Assembly (NCBI GenBank): GCA_964016885.1
Contig: OZ024742.1
Coordinates: 158,100,001 to 158,164,000 of the forward strand
Direction of reading: 5' to 3'
Origin: Eledone cirrhosa
Lineage: Eukaryota
DNA length: 64,000 nucleotides
The translations under genes were made by a program, and so were the position numbers. Under the pieces are notes generated by a model that was not told the DNA's origin, searched no databases, and saw only the letters and a program-made list of their open reading frames with translations. Of this stretch, positions 41,351-54,388 are shown piece after piece (position 1 is the stretch's first letter; each line of letters starts with the position of its first letter).

Positions 41351-41464
41351 TTTTATCATATTGATCTGGTTCAGATGAAGATAAGTAATTTAGGTAATAT
41401 TATGGAGCGGCTCTTCAGAACTTCTCCACGACACCTAACATAGCTAGCCATATCGCATTCATTT

Positions 41465-41538
41465 TCACCTGATGAGACCAGTGATAATCGATCATGGCTT
41501 CACAATCGATCTATCTCTTATTGAAACATGTGTCGTGA
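41465..41538 (+). ncRNA. hammerhead ribozyme in inverted 5' repeat
   Basis: TCAC-CTGATGA(41469-41475)...GAAAC(41523-41527)-ATGT-GTC-GTGA; perfect 4-bp stem I. Confidence 0.78.
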
Positions 41539-41579
41539 TTAAATGATTGGAATTTTACCTTGCCTTCGGATTTTCATTT

Positions 41580-41740
<161 letters not shown>

Positions 41741-41961
41741 CGGGGTAACAAATTATTGTTATAGGTAGTCTACTTAAGTGTAGTCCAGTTATGGTACTCC
41801 GGGTAGTGGATGATATCAACGCTTGGCTAAGTTTGACTCAACAAGGCGTTTCCATAGTGATGCTGCGAATGCGCTGTAATTCCTATGTTGTAAACCTTTG
41901 GAATAATGATAAATCAGGAAAGAAGAGTGACACGGTTTGCTATACAAAAAAGGTTTTTAAT

Positions 41962-42080
41962 CTCATTGCTGACAATTGTTTCTCTGAACTGGTAGGTCTA
42001 GAGATCGCTACCCGCTTATTTTCACTTTATTCGATCACCAATACAAAGTCATAACCAGTCAATTCATCGGAGCTTGTGAG
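41962..42080 (-). ncRNA. hammerhead motif, U4C core (inverted repeat copy)
   Basis: CUCAcaaGCU-CCGAUGA-..UGACUGGU..ACCAGUUCA..-GAAAC-AAUU-GUC-AGCaaUGAG. Confidence 0.6.
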
Positions 42081-42441
42081 AATGAAAAGAATATACAGGC
42101 ATGGCTACTATATATAGTAGTAATGGCATTCACTCAGAACAATAACAACAATACTAACAATGCTAGCAATAAATTATTTGAAATAATCACAACATCAATC
42201 TAGGTGGGAAGTATAGTATATCTACGATTTTAGCGTGTAAAACTAGCTGACATGAGGCAGATGTATAAAATTGACATGTAAAAGCTGTCGTGGGGTGTAT
42301 TATATCTAGTGTAAAGATAAGCCGGTGTCTTTAACCGATGTAGGTCTGGCGGCGGTAAGAATCGTTTATTATCTGACAGATGAATAATTTATCACTGTAG
42401 TGAGATTTGTGTTTGCCTATATTAGATGAAAGGGTTGTCTA

Positions 42442-44647
42442 AATCCTGCAAAACCCCCCAAACAACCCCACACTCGATGCCTTCGAGCTGGACCTTATGA
42501 ATATGATAAGTGGAACTAAATTCAAAAAAGGAACACATCACAACAAATTACAAAATGACATCAATACACTGCTAAAAAATCTAAAAGTCACTAACGGTAT
42601 CATAGTAAAAGCAGACAAAACATCAAACGTATACTCTATGGACCTTAACACATACAATAATTTTATCCAGCGTGAACCACATAACAAATACAAAAAAAAA
42701 CAAATGAATCCACAGTCACCAGCATTAACGTGGAGGGCCTTAGCATAGTAAATAAACTCGGAATACCTGATAAGACCGAGCCTATAACCCCATGCAACCC
42801 CACATTTAAGCTGAAGGATCACAAAAATAATTTTGGAACAAACCCTACTATTAGATTAATATGCCTATCTATGTCAGATATAGGTAAAATTAGCAAGAAC
42901 ATTCTAGATAGGGTAATCGCACAAATAAAGGGTAAACTAGAAATCAATTTATGGGGTAACATTAACGAGGCGATTGAATGGTTCAATAAAATACGAAATA
43001 GGGAGACATGTAACTTCATACAATTTGATATAAACGACTACTATGCATCCATATCCCCAGCCAACCTAGATAAAGCGCTTATATTTGCCCAAAATAACTC
43101 CGATCTTACCCTTGAGGAAATTGAAATAATAATAGCGGCTAGAAGGACTATCATAAAATTAGAAAATAGCTACTGGGTAAGAAGAGATAGGATAAACAGC
43201 TTCGATATCACAATGGGATCAAATCACTGACATCGTGGGGCTATTCATAGCACACAACCTACATAAGGAATTCAGTAACCTCCAAGGAGGGATTTATAGA
43301 GACGACACGCTCCTTATAGCTAAGAACTTAAACAACCAGAGCATGGAAAGATTAAGAAAAAAGATTAGAACATTCTTCAAAAAACTAGGCCTAAGTATTA
43401 CCTACGAACTGAACCATAAGAAGGTAAACTTTCTAGATGTGACTCTAAATCTAAATACAAAATTAATAGAACATTTCCGCAAAAATAATGAAAATCTGGC
43501 CTACATTAGTTATAATTCAAACCACCCCAAATCCATAATAAGATCCATAGCACGTAGTATATCCCTTAGAATATCCCGCTTATCCTCAAAGCTAGAAATT
43601 GTTAATGAACATGCTAACTATTGTAAAGCAGCATTACATAGGGCTGGATATAAAGATAAACTGCAGTATATAGCGAATAAAGACAACTTAAACAAACCTA
43701 ATAGCAATTACACCAACCGCTCACACAAAAATAGAGGTAACAGGACTAGACATAGGGTTAGGCACGTAGCACCTAGAATAAGCGGTCCAAACACCAATAA
43801 TGTAAACCCAAGAAATAATAGAAGAATCAGAGAAAGAAAATACCTATGGTTGAACCCAATCTTCAACTCCTCTGTAAAAACCAGACTGCCTTCTACATTC
43901 TTTAAACTAATAGATAAACACTTCCATATTTCACACAGATATCATAAAATACTCAATAGAAACACTATAAAACACTCATACTCTACGGCAGCAAATATAG
44001 AATCGCACATACGCAAGATCAACCACAGAAATATCTCTAGGCAATCCGCCCCACCTATGCGCAACATAGCACCAAATTATAAGCACAAACACATCACAGT
44101 ATCACAACCGCAAGCGCATACAAGCACGCAACAGCAAAACTCCAACGGACATGAATCACAACCCACTTATAGCAGTGCACAAAACAGCAGTGTAGAAGCT
44201 GCACGAAATAACACCTCAAACTGTAACTGTCACCTACCGGATAAGTACCCATTGGCGAATAGATGCCTTGATTCGAGCCTAGTGTACATGTGTACGGTCA
44301 ACCCTGACAACTCCACTTGGCATTACATTGGATCCACCGCGGTAACTTTTAAAAAAAGATGGTATGTGCACAGACACTCGATGAAAAATCGTGCACTTAT
44401 GGGTTCTACAACCTTCGCCAAAAAAATCTGGGAACTTAAGAACAACAACACCAACTACAGTATCAACTGGTCGAGGTTGTCGGCCGCAAAGACCTACAGT
44501 ACCGGTATGTCCCACTGTAGGCTATGTGATCTAGAATTAGTGTATATCCTTAGAAATGTAAAAAGGCTACTTAACAACAAGTTAGAAAGATCTATCTTCT
44601 GCAGACACAGGATCGCCTCTAAATTCACAAGATTTAAACCTCCGTGA
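42442..44647 (+). pseudogene. PLE RT + GIY-YIG ORF, 5'-truncated with 2 frameshifts
   Basis: VKADKT, FKLKDHK..IRLI, FIQFDINDYY, ITMGS/QITDIVG (small deletion), IYRDD, VNFLDV, SNHP, NCNC..PLANRCL..LVY..YIGST..FKKRWYVH, CRLCDLE; last 470 codons open. Confidence 0.95.
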
Positions 44648-44804
44648 ATCGAACCTACGTAACCCAGCTTTCAACTTAGGATACTCACTATACTGCACCA
44701 ACCACCTCAGAAATATAATCATTAAGTACATTCTAGCCTTCTTAGTTCTATACCACCCCAATGTCTGTAAGTACCTCATCAACCCATAAGCATATCTCTT
44801 CTCA

Positions 44805-45142
44805 GCTGCTGTCAGCACTTGAACCTAAATCCAAGAACATTTCAAAATACTACTACAACAGAACTTTACCTTCCTCCTGTTATAATTATAGTCAGCAAGT
44901 TTTCTCTTTATATGTATGTATATATGTGTATATATATATATATGTTTATGTGCGTGTATGTATGTATATATTGCTGTCAGCACTTGAACCTAAATCCAAG
45001 AACATTTCAAAATACTACTACAACAGAACTTTACCTTCCCCCTGTTATAATTATAGTCAGCATGTTTTCTCTTTATATGTATGTATATATGTGTATGTAT
45101 ATATATATATATGTTTGTGTGCATGTATGTATATATATATAT
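44805..45142 (+). repeat. ~165-bp tandem duplication in the PLE 3' region
   Basis: TGCTGTCAGCACTTGAACCTAAATCCAAG... at ~44807 and ~44972. Confidence 0.9.
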
Positions 45143-45591
45143 TGCCTCCTTAACCTCTGTATTAACTTGCCCATTATATTACTACTCTGTTAATGTTGTC
45201 TTATACATGTATGTTATTGATGATGAGAAAGCTAGACAACCGTTTCATCTAATATATACCACACAAATCTCACTACAGTGATAAATTCTTCATCTGTCAG
45301 ATAATAAATGATTCTTACGGCCACCAGACTTACATTGTTTAAGACACCGGCTTATCTTTACACTAGATATAATACACCCAATGACAGCTTTTGCATGTCA
45401 ATTTTATACATCTGCCTCATGTCAGCTAGTTTAACACGCTAAAATCGTAGATATACTATACTTCCCACCTAGATTGATGTTGTGATTATTTCAAATAGTT
45501 TATTGCTAGCATTGTTAGTATTGTTGTTATTGTTCTGAGTAAATGCCATTACTACTATATATAGTAGCCATGCCTGTATATTCTTTTCATT

Positions 45592-45710
45592 CTCACAAGC
45601 TCCGATGAATTGACTGGTTATAACTTTGTATTGGTGATCGAATAACGTGAAAATAAGCAGGTAGCGATCTCTAGACCTACCAGTTCAGAGAAACAATTGT
45701 CAACAATGAG
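45592..45710 (+). ncRNA. hammerhead motif, U4C core, 81-nt stem II
   Basis: CCGATGA 45602-45608, GAAAC 45690-45694, AATT loop, GTC 45699-45701. Confidence 0.6.
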
Positions 45711-45756
45711 ATTAAAACCCTTTTTGTATAGCAAACCATGTCATTCTTCTTTCCTG

Positions 45757-45869
<113 letters not shown>

Positions 45870-46109
45870 GAGAGAGTTAAGGAATACGAAGACCAGTGTG
45901 GTCTAGCCTTGGTGGTAGGATATGAAGAAGACGGTCTGATCGAACCTCTATATGTTGTCTGATAGTAAACAGTTATGTAACTGCTATAGATCAGACGATA
46001 TGTCAATATAATCAACCCTCTAAAACGATCGTAAAACAATGATATGAATAGGTAAAATAACTTGACTTTGTTATTTTTATTTTCATTGTTAATTTAATAT
46101 TTTATATAT

Positions 46110-46202
<93 letters not shown>

Positions 46203-46374
46203 ATAATGAGAGGTATACAAATATATGTGTATACATACATATACATGTATATATAAACATATATTTTTCACAAGTATGTGAGATTGTATGTTGTCGACCT
46301 TAACCAGTGTTACTCTATGATTATGAGAGACAAAATAATCGAAATAATTAAATTGACACAATATCAGAGTTATG

Positions 46375-46483
46375 TAAAATATTATAAAAAGGAATAATAG
46401 ATACAGTATACCTATCTTTTTCTTTCATCCCGCGGGGACGAAAGAAAAAAATAGCTATATTGTATCTATTATTCCTTTTTATA

Positions 46484-46491
<8 letters not shown>
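46375..46491. repeat. imperfect ~57-bp-arm palindrome next to (TA)n
   Basis: TAAAATATTATAAAAAGGAATAATAGATACA... / ...TGTATCTATTATTCCTTTTTATAATATTTTA. Confidence 0.88.
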
Positions 46492-46550
<59 letters not shown>

Positions 46551-46683
46551 AATATTAAGGATACTATTTATAGTTATGTATATTTTAAACTATAGACAGG
46601 GAAGGTCAGTAATTTATTACTACCTTATTACCAGTAAGATAAATAGCTCAATGTAAGAACATCAGTTGTTCTACAGAGCAGTT

Positions 46684-47129
46684 ATATAGAATTCACAAGG
46701 ATCAAAGCATTTATTCACTAACAATTGTTTCATCCAAATCTAGGCTTGAGGTCTTCGGAGCATTTTTCAATGCCTGTACATATAATTAACCTCCTATCCA
46801 ACGCAAGAGACATACAGATACATATATATATATATATATTGATGTACAGTGGAGTGACATATATTATAATATACTATATTTTTACAGCATTTCAAATTTA
46901 AAATCAAAATTAAAATACATGCGGCAGATAACACAGATAATGCAAGAGGATAGTTCGATAATCAGATGTAGTAGATAGTGTATGCGTTAGTCATACATGG
47001 TGCATGCAAGTGGATAGGAGGTCAATTATATGCACAAGCATTGAAAAATGGTCCGAAGATTCCAAGTCTAAGTTTGGATGAAACAATTGTAAGTGAATAA
47101 ATGCTTTGAACATAGCTTTGATCCTTGTG

Positions 47130-47137
<8 letters not shown>
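46684..47137. repeat. inverted repeat pair (46684-46800 / 47010-47137) of a PLE-terminus-like family
   Basis: Mutual reverse complements; another partial copy at 32798-32850. Confidence 0.85.
47049..47095 (+). ncRNA. hammerhead motif, U4C core
   Basis: CCGAAGA-tTCCA..TGGAt-GAAAC-AATT-GTA-AGTG; inverted sibling (~46716-46762) also reads CCGAAGA, with stem I GCU/AGU. Confidence 0.55.
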
Positions 47138-47210
<73 letters not shown>

Positions 47211-47318
47211 TATATATAAGCCCGTAGACGAAATATTAGTTATTAGTACAGATTTAAGTAGATGAAAGCAGAAATTCCGTGCTTAACCTTTTAATCTGTA
47301 CTAATCTCTCTTTCTCTG

Positions 47319-47365
<47 letters not shown>

Positions 47366-47375
47366 CTCTCTCTCT

Positions 47376-47438
<63 letters not shown>

Positions 47439-47507
47439 GGTCCCGGGTTGAGTCGGGGATAACCACAGTAAGTAAGGTACTCAATACATGGCAGAGTAAA
47501 TTTGTTT

Positions 47508-47626
47508 TATTTTATAGAAGGAGCTTCTACAGGACTAGTACTGTTTCATTCAGATGAAATCTTCAGGAAGCTCCTGAAGATTTCATCTGAATGAAACAGT
47601 ACTAGTCCTGTAGAAGCTCCTTCTAT

Positions 47627-47632
<6 letters not shown>
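47508..47632. repeat. perfect 61-bp-arm palindrome carrying a hammerhead core on each strand
   Basis: Arms 47508-47568 / 47572-47632, loop AGC; CTGAAGA-TTTCATCTGAAT-GAAAC-AGTACTA-GTC at 47574-47607; stem I lost at the fold point. Confidence 0.9.
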
Positions 47633-47662
<30 letters not shown>

Positions 47663-47797
47663 TTAAGCAAAACAGACCACAAAATTCACAAGGAAGAAGT
47701 TATTTAAAGAGTGTCAACATAGTTGCAGTTTAATGTAAGGAATAAGGAGTGTAATTATAGTGTAATGTAAGGAATAATATTAATAATAATAATGTCC

Positions 47798-47918
47798 ATT
47801 TACAATTGTTTCGCTACTCCATATAAAGTTTCTGGATCAATTGATTATAGATCATTATTGATCTGGTTCAGATGAAGATAAATAACTTAGGTAATATTAT
47901 GGAGCGGCTCTTCAGAAC
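47798..47918 (-). ncRNA. hammerhead ribozyme with ~96-nt stem II
   Basis: GUU-CUGAAGA-GCcGCUCCAUA...UAUGGAGUaGC-GAAAC-AAUU-GUA-AAU; sense copy 48985-49105 has GAAAC->GAAUC. Confidence 0.7.
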
Positions 47919-49130
47919 TTCTCCACGGCACCTAACCTAGCTGGCCACATCGCATTCAGTAACCATCATAAACTAAGAGAATATGACTCCCACAAGGCGG
48001 TACCACGACCCCTCTCAAATAAACGACGCCACTACACCAATACTTACTCCAGTAGCATACCTCCCCCTCTCTAATCCTATTAGCACACACCAGCCTCATA
48101 GTTTAAACAACCCTACCCTTACTAACTGCAACAGTAATTAAAACTGCCGTTACCTTAATGCATGCCCACTTGACGGACAATGCCTTACACCCAATATAGT
48201 ATATAGGTGCACAGTTAAAACAGCATCGCATATCAGCTCCTATATTGGCTCTACCTCTAACCCTTTTTAAGGTACGCTATAACGCGCACTCATTTTCCTT
48301 CCGCGACACTAGCAATAGATGTTCAACATCTCTAGCAAGACTCATTAAAAACCTTAAATTAACCAATATTGAACACTCACTAACATGGGATAATCTTGGC
48401 GAGATCCCCAGCGTTCAATGGATGAAGAAACTGTTGTGATCTCTGTCTTACCGAGGCCTATTACATAACTTTGTCACGACCACAACCTATTAATGATATA
48501 AATGAGGTAACTATTTACTGTCAACATCGAAAGGCAAATTCCTTCCCAAACAGAATTTCCGACCCAACATAGTCTTCTAATCTCGCTATTACATATAGCT
48601 AACATGTTAAATATTTAACCCAGACTTGGATAATTATAAGTTACCTCCCCTTACACTGTCTCTCACTTAAGCTCATTAGCACTTCTTAGCTATAAATCAC
48701 CTATGATTTTAACTTCTCAAGGAGTTACCTCCCTTGAAACCCGTCTCTAATTATTAAGGTAACTCTCCTTCGGTGGCCATTTTGTTAAGCATATGCAGAT
48801 CTCGCTTAAGACAGCCTCGACAGAAGCGTAAGGCTTGCTTATAGCAGGCAATAGATAGATCCAGGATCCCTTTCGTGAAATACCAATATATGGAACATTA
48901 CATTCATGTAATCATCTTTCTTTACTTTACTTTATATTCCTTATTCCATCTTATCTCATTTTCATTATCATTATCTCATTTGAAGTTCTGAAGAGCCGCT
49001 CCATAATATTACCTAAGTTACTTATCTTCATCTGCACCAGATCAATAATGATCTATAATCAATTGATCCAGAAACATTATATGGAGTAGCGAATCAATTG
49101 TAAACGGACATTATTAGTATTATTCCTTAA

Positions 49131-49312
49131 GGTTGGTGTATTGGTAGTATCGTAAGAGGGTTGGACGCCATGCTTTAACGCATAGAGTTACGGCCTTTGC
49201 CATTCTGCGTTCAAATCCCGCCGAGGTTAACTTTGCCTTTCATCCTTACGGAGTCGATAAAATAATGTACCAGTGGGGTAATTACTGGCCTTGTGTCAAA
49301 AGTAGAAACAAT
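49131..49312 (+). mobile_element. SINE inserted in the PLE 3' terminal repeat
   Basis: Family match; 12-bp TSD TATTATTCCTTA (49118-49129 / 49313-49324); absent from the inverted copy. Confidence 0.92.
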
Positions 49313-49611
49313 TATTATTCCTTACATTAAACTATAATTACACTCCTTATTCCTCCCATTAAACTGAAACTATATTGACACACTTTAAATAACGTTTTCC
49401 TTTTGAATGTTGTGATCTTGTTTTGCTTAACTAATGAATATTTCCAGCTCTGTGCACTTAATCTCTGCATGAACCCAGCGCTCTAGCAGCCTTCCACTGC
49501 ATATTGCACATTGAGCACATGCCTCTACGCTTTTGGCTTCTAACAGCTTCACCAATCTCTCTTCTCCTTACCTATCTCCATCTTTCTCTTTAAGATTTGT
49601 TTACTCTAGAA

Positions 49612-49711
<100 letters not shown>

Positions 49712-50256
49712 CGAAGGAAATGTGGTAAGGAACCAGGTGGACCATAACGCACCAAAGTATTCAATACTTAGGGTAGTAGAGTGGGTAATAGGAACGAGTA
49801 GGACCCCGACGGCTGAGCTCAAGCCGTTTCGACGGCTAATTCTGGACTAAATGAAGATTGTTATCCTGGTATATGAATAGCCGAGCTTCTCAGGGGGTAA
49901 TTCCATATATGGTAAAAGTGATTGTCACAAGGATTGGTCAAAAGTTTGTTGTTGAGACACAATTCTATCATGGCAATTTGTGGGAGGAAGGGGTAGCTGA
50001 ACCTGCCAGTAGAAGAAAGAGGGAGAGGGAGTGGAGGAAATCCAGTCGTGCGTTGAGTTCAGCCGTCGGGGTCCTACTCGTTCCTATATATATAGAGAGA
50101 GAGATTAGAATTAGTGCTCTGAAATAGCAATATATATATATGAATGTATATATATATATAGTGTATTTTGCAATACATTGTATGCTTAATTAAAAGTATT
50201 TCGAAGACCCTACGCTATTGTCACTCACTTCAATTTTTAGCCAACAGGGGAGATAA

Positions 50257-50301
50257 AGCTGACAGAGCTCTGTTTCGTACTTTTTGGTACTTATCAAAGC
50301 T
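50257..50301 (-). ncRNA. compact hammerhead ribozyme, U3-A8 variant
   Basis: AGCU-UUGAUAA-GUAC-CAAAAA-GUAC-GAAAC-AGAGCUCU-GUC-AGCU; all three stems perfectly paired. Confidence 0.82.
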
Positions 50302-50475
50302 AAACTACTCCGCCTGTCTGTTGAAAATCATGAATGTTGGAATCTTATAGAATTCCAGTAATAATCAGGAACTGATTATGTGACATATATATATATAGAT
50401 AGCTAGATAGTGAAATAGAACTTCCGCTGTTTGTAAAGAATGCTAATTTTCAAAATAGCGCCAAGCTCTGAATTT

Positions 50476-50568
<93 letters not shown>

Positions 50569-50738
50569 AGTAATAATAATAAATGTGAAGACTAAAATCC
50601 AAAGAGGTCTCGATAAGGATAAATATATATCAAATTTATAAGAGACCCAGACCAAATATTTATTAAAATAACAGATTAATGTTTAAACAAAGAATCGCTG
50701 CTTTCACCCTTGCTTAAATTTAATGTTATTTTAATAGT

Positions 50739-50819
<81 letters not shown>

Positions 50820-50929
50820 GAGAGAGAGAGAGTGAGAGAGAGAGATGAAGATATTAGGAAGTTTTTAACGTGCTGACGTGTGTGTGTGTGCCTATGAGTA
50901 GTTGTGTACGTATTTGCATATATTATGTG

Positions 50930-51450
50930 CAACACATAAGCAGGTAATACACACATGTAGGACTGCATACAACACACAAGCACGTAATACGCACATCTAG
51001 GACCACATACAACACACAAGCAAGTAATACATACATCTATGCCCACATACAACACACAAGAAGGTAATACATACATCTAGGACCACATACAACACACAAG
51101 CACGTAAGACATACATCTAGGACGACATACAACCCACAAGCAGGTAATACAAACACCTAGGACTACATATAACACAAAAGCAGGTAATACATACATCTAG
51201 GACCACATACAGCACACAAGTAGGTAATACATACACCTAGGACTACATATAAAAACAAAAGGAGGTAATACATACATCTATGAGCACATACAACACACAA
51301 TCAGGTAATACATACATCTATAAGCACCTACAACACACAAGCAGGTAATACATACATCTAGGACCACATACTACACACAAGCAGGTAATACATACATCTA
51401 GGACCACATACAACACACAAGCATGTAATACATACATCCAGGGCCACACA
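50930..51450. repeat. 40-bp minisatellite, ~13 units
   Basis: Unit GGACCACATACAACACACAAGCAGGTAATACATACATCTA. Confidence 0.95.
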
Positions 51451-51479
51451 CTACAAAAGGCAGGCGAAAGGGGTGGACA

Positions 51480-51915
51480 ATATCGCGGGGAGCACTGGGA
51501 AACCTCTCTAATAATTTTTGAGGCAAACCTGTACACTAGTAGTGTTACTTTGGGTGAAGGCGAAGCGCCTTCATGAGCTTCGCCAATTACCTGTTAGGCA
51601 AGCCGCCTGTGAAGTAGTCCAACTTCCCCAAACGTCTCGAACGCCACAGGCTGGAATATGTAGTTAGCCAACAGAAGACGGTATTTTAGGATTTTGTTCT
51701 GTTCAGCTGCGAATGCTGTGGCTCTCGCCCTTACTGCTGCATCCAGGATGTGGGAAGAAGCAAAAGAGTCACTAATTGTGATGTCCCACACAAGGCATCT
51801 GGCTCTTGACCAGAAGGACAGGGTACGACAGTCAGTTTTTTTCCCATCAATTCTGGACAATCCAGATGGTTTCAAAATTGAGGGGGTGTTTGCCCGGGTC
51901 AAAGCTCTTCTGTGG
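51480..51915 (-). mobile_element. CRE-like non-LTR retrotransposon restriction-like endonuclease fragment
   Basis: P.GL.R.DGKK(RP)D..T...W..(G)R.LVWDIT..D.FA.S....AA..AE..K..KY..L...YIF.PVAFETFG pattern, typical of CRE-clade RLE domains. Confidence 0.75.
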
Positions 51916-52379
51916 TAATAGGACAGTGTGTGTATGTGCGCCCGCGTGAGTTTGTCGGCATTCTTAAATTAGAGATGTGTTATATATATATATATGTGTG
52001 TGTGTGTGTCATATATATGTGTGTGTCATATATATATATATATATGTTTGTGTGTGTGTGTATATGTGTCACCGTTTTTAAGTTAGAGACATATATCTGT
52101 GTATCCCCTTCCTTCCTTTTATACACACATACATTCACACAAACACACACACATTTTGTGATGAAGGATCGACAGAGGTCGCTCAAATCTATATACATGT
52201 GAATGGAGTTCCACTGAAGCAGCTGGAGAAGTTCAAGTATCATGAGTGATAGAAGGCAGGAGGTTGTGCAAGAATTGCAAAAGCTGATGCAGTAATGCGC
52301 TAGCTTCAGCATTCAGTAATCAGAAGGGAGGTAGGTGTAAAAGCCAAACTCGCTGTCTGTCTTCCTGCTATTTCTGCCA

Positions 52380-52803
52380 ACCCTTACTGCGGCTCATGAA
52401 TCTTGGGTATTGACCGAAAGAATACAATTGCACATACAAAACGGCAGAAATTGGGTTCCTCAGAAGGGTCTTTGGAGTAAAGTTACTCGATAAAGGACAT
52501 AGCTCAGAGATCAGAGAGTCACTCCTGGTAGAGCCGCTACTTCTCCGGATTGAGAGATCACAACTCCGATAGTATGAGCATGTGGTTAGAATGTCTCAGT
52601 AGAGAATCGCTGGACAGATTTTACAGGCAAAACCAACTCACAAGAGACCCAGAGGTAGACTCCGAGCAAGATAGTTGGATAACATCCATGAGCTTGGATG
52701 GTCACGCTGGATCAGTTAGACATGTTTGCTTCTGACTGGAAAGAGTGTTTGAGGAGGACTCTGCCACCATGACCTTCTCAGAAATAAGTGGGCGAAGAAG
52801 AGA
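52380..52803 (+). mobile_element. RTE LINE 3' fragment, decayed
   Basis: AEIGFLRRVFGV.LLDK..SSEIRESL.VEPLLLRIERSQLR*Y.HV.RM...RPRGR.R..WLD; GAAGAAGA tail. Confidence 0.8.
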
Positions 52804-53553
52804 TATTGTCAATTTACTTTTCAATTTACATATCATGTCTATAAGCATATATATTTGCGTATAAAACCAATACGCACACTACATATGCTAGCAGAAAACC
52901 GCCCAGTAGTGGTTTTTCTGCTAGTATGTGTAATGACTTACGTCGATAAATGTATATGAAATTATACAAACATGCGTAATATGTGTATTAAACAATTTCA
53001 GGTGTTTTGCTACTTAAGACTAGCTATGAAAGACAACCGGATTATTCTCACATTTGGATATAGTGGAATATAAATTATTTAATATCACTTGCATTAATCA
53101 TACTCAGTAAACTGGCTTGATAAACCTGATATGGTACATATGATCGAATATATCAGATAACAGAGTTAAGAAGAATGTTTGGGACACAGACTCTGAGTTA
53201 GTTTAATGCAATTGGCCTTGTATATTATTGGTGCAAATGGGGATCCAATTACCCATGACTGAATTATGATATTGCTGGGCAGACAATATCAGCAAGGATG
53301 TTTTAGAGATATTGGCGTTTAACCCAAAGCTAGCTTCAAAATGTAACTATCCGCCTTTAGCAGTGTGTGCCATAATATTATTTCATATCTACTTTTCTTA
53401 TTTAAGAGGAATGGATGAGATTTGGGAAATAGAGATATATGATACCGTTGTTTTGGATGAATTCAGCCGTGCGCTGCGTTGTATAATATCATAAAAACGT
53501 GTTTTATGGCATATATATATATATAATTGAATTTTGATTTTTGTAGTGGTTTT

Positions 53554-54344
53554 TGTGGCAACATCTCTCCGGTCGCAATTTTCACTGTGTCACTCCCCTA
53601 ACATATCGTTATTACTATGTGCTATAATTTATCGATTTATCGATATCACCTCATTGAGTGCTTTGGGCAGCTTCATAAGATTGATTTCAAAATATACTAA
53701 TCACAGCTGCAACTTCGATTTTACTCACTATTATTATTATTATTTTCTCCTAGTCTTTATAATTAATTAATTAATTGATTAATTGATTGATTAAGTATTC
53801 ATTGTTTCTTTGATAACCTAGTTGAGATCTTACTGTAGAGGCTGTGAGTAAGTTCCTTTGTTCACACTTTTGAATTAGTCCGCCAAAGCCCGGATGTGAA
53901 TCTTCCTCTTTTCTTGAGAAGGAACACGTGGCACCACTGCTAAAGTTACTGCAGTACTCGGTAGGGGAGTTACTAAGCCACGGTCATGGAAAACGGAACG
54001 AAATGCCTGCTGAGAAAGGGATATCCTCGTTCCATCTTAGAATACGTTAATGGCTTGCATGTTACGCAACTTTGAGTGTAGCTTTCGATCCCAGAAACTA
54101 AGTGAAGATATTTATATAACGTATATCGATCGGGTCCAGGTTCGTCTTTAACCTGTTTGTATTTTTTCCGTTGTGGTAGTGGTAATGTGGCAACATCTCT
54201 CCGGCCGCAATTTTTTTCACTGTCACACCCCTAACGTATTGTTATTACTCTGAGCTATAACTTATCAGTTTGTGCCAGCTTCAGAAGATTGATTTCGAAA
54301 AATGCTAATCGCAGCTGCAACTTCGATTTTACTCACTATTATTA

Positions 54345-54345
<1 letters not shown>
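53554..54345 (+). repeat. two copies of a ~170-190-bp repeat ending in (TTA)n (53554-53745; 54187-54345)
   Basis: GTGGCAACATCTCTCCGG.CGCAATTTT...GCTGCAACTTCGATTTTACTCACTATTATT in both. Confidence 0.85.

Positions 54346-54388
<43 letters not shown>

Larger units (their letters stand above)
47660..49440 (+). mobile_element. 5'-truncated Penelope-like element with inverted terminal repeats
   Basis: 47660-47921 is the reverse complement of 48982-49440 (minus the SINE); GIY-YIG remnant NCRYLNACPLDGQCLTPNIVYRC..YIGSTS/FKVRYNAH..SF..CDLCLTEA at 48143-48570. Confidence 0.9.

Noticed and set aside
41815-41890. Minus-strand hammerhead 3' half (CAUAG/CUAUG-GAAAC..GUU); similar remnant at ~46020-46035
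   Set aside because: No recognisable CUGAnGA half.
43228-43230. TGA in the PLE RT as selenocysteine recoding
   Set aside because: The downstream ORF is in another frame; comparison with MGSTDSAQVTDLVG shows a small deletion frameshift.
50930-51450. CRISPR-like periodicity
   Set aside because: Head-to-tail 40-bp units with no unique spacers, no cas genes, eukaryotic context.
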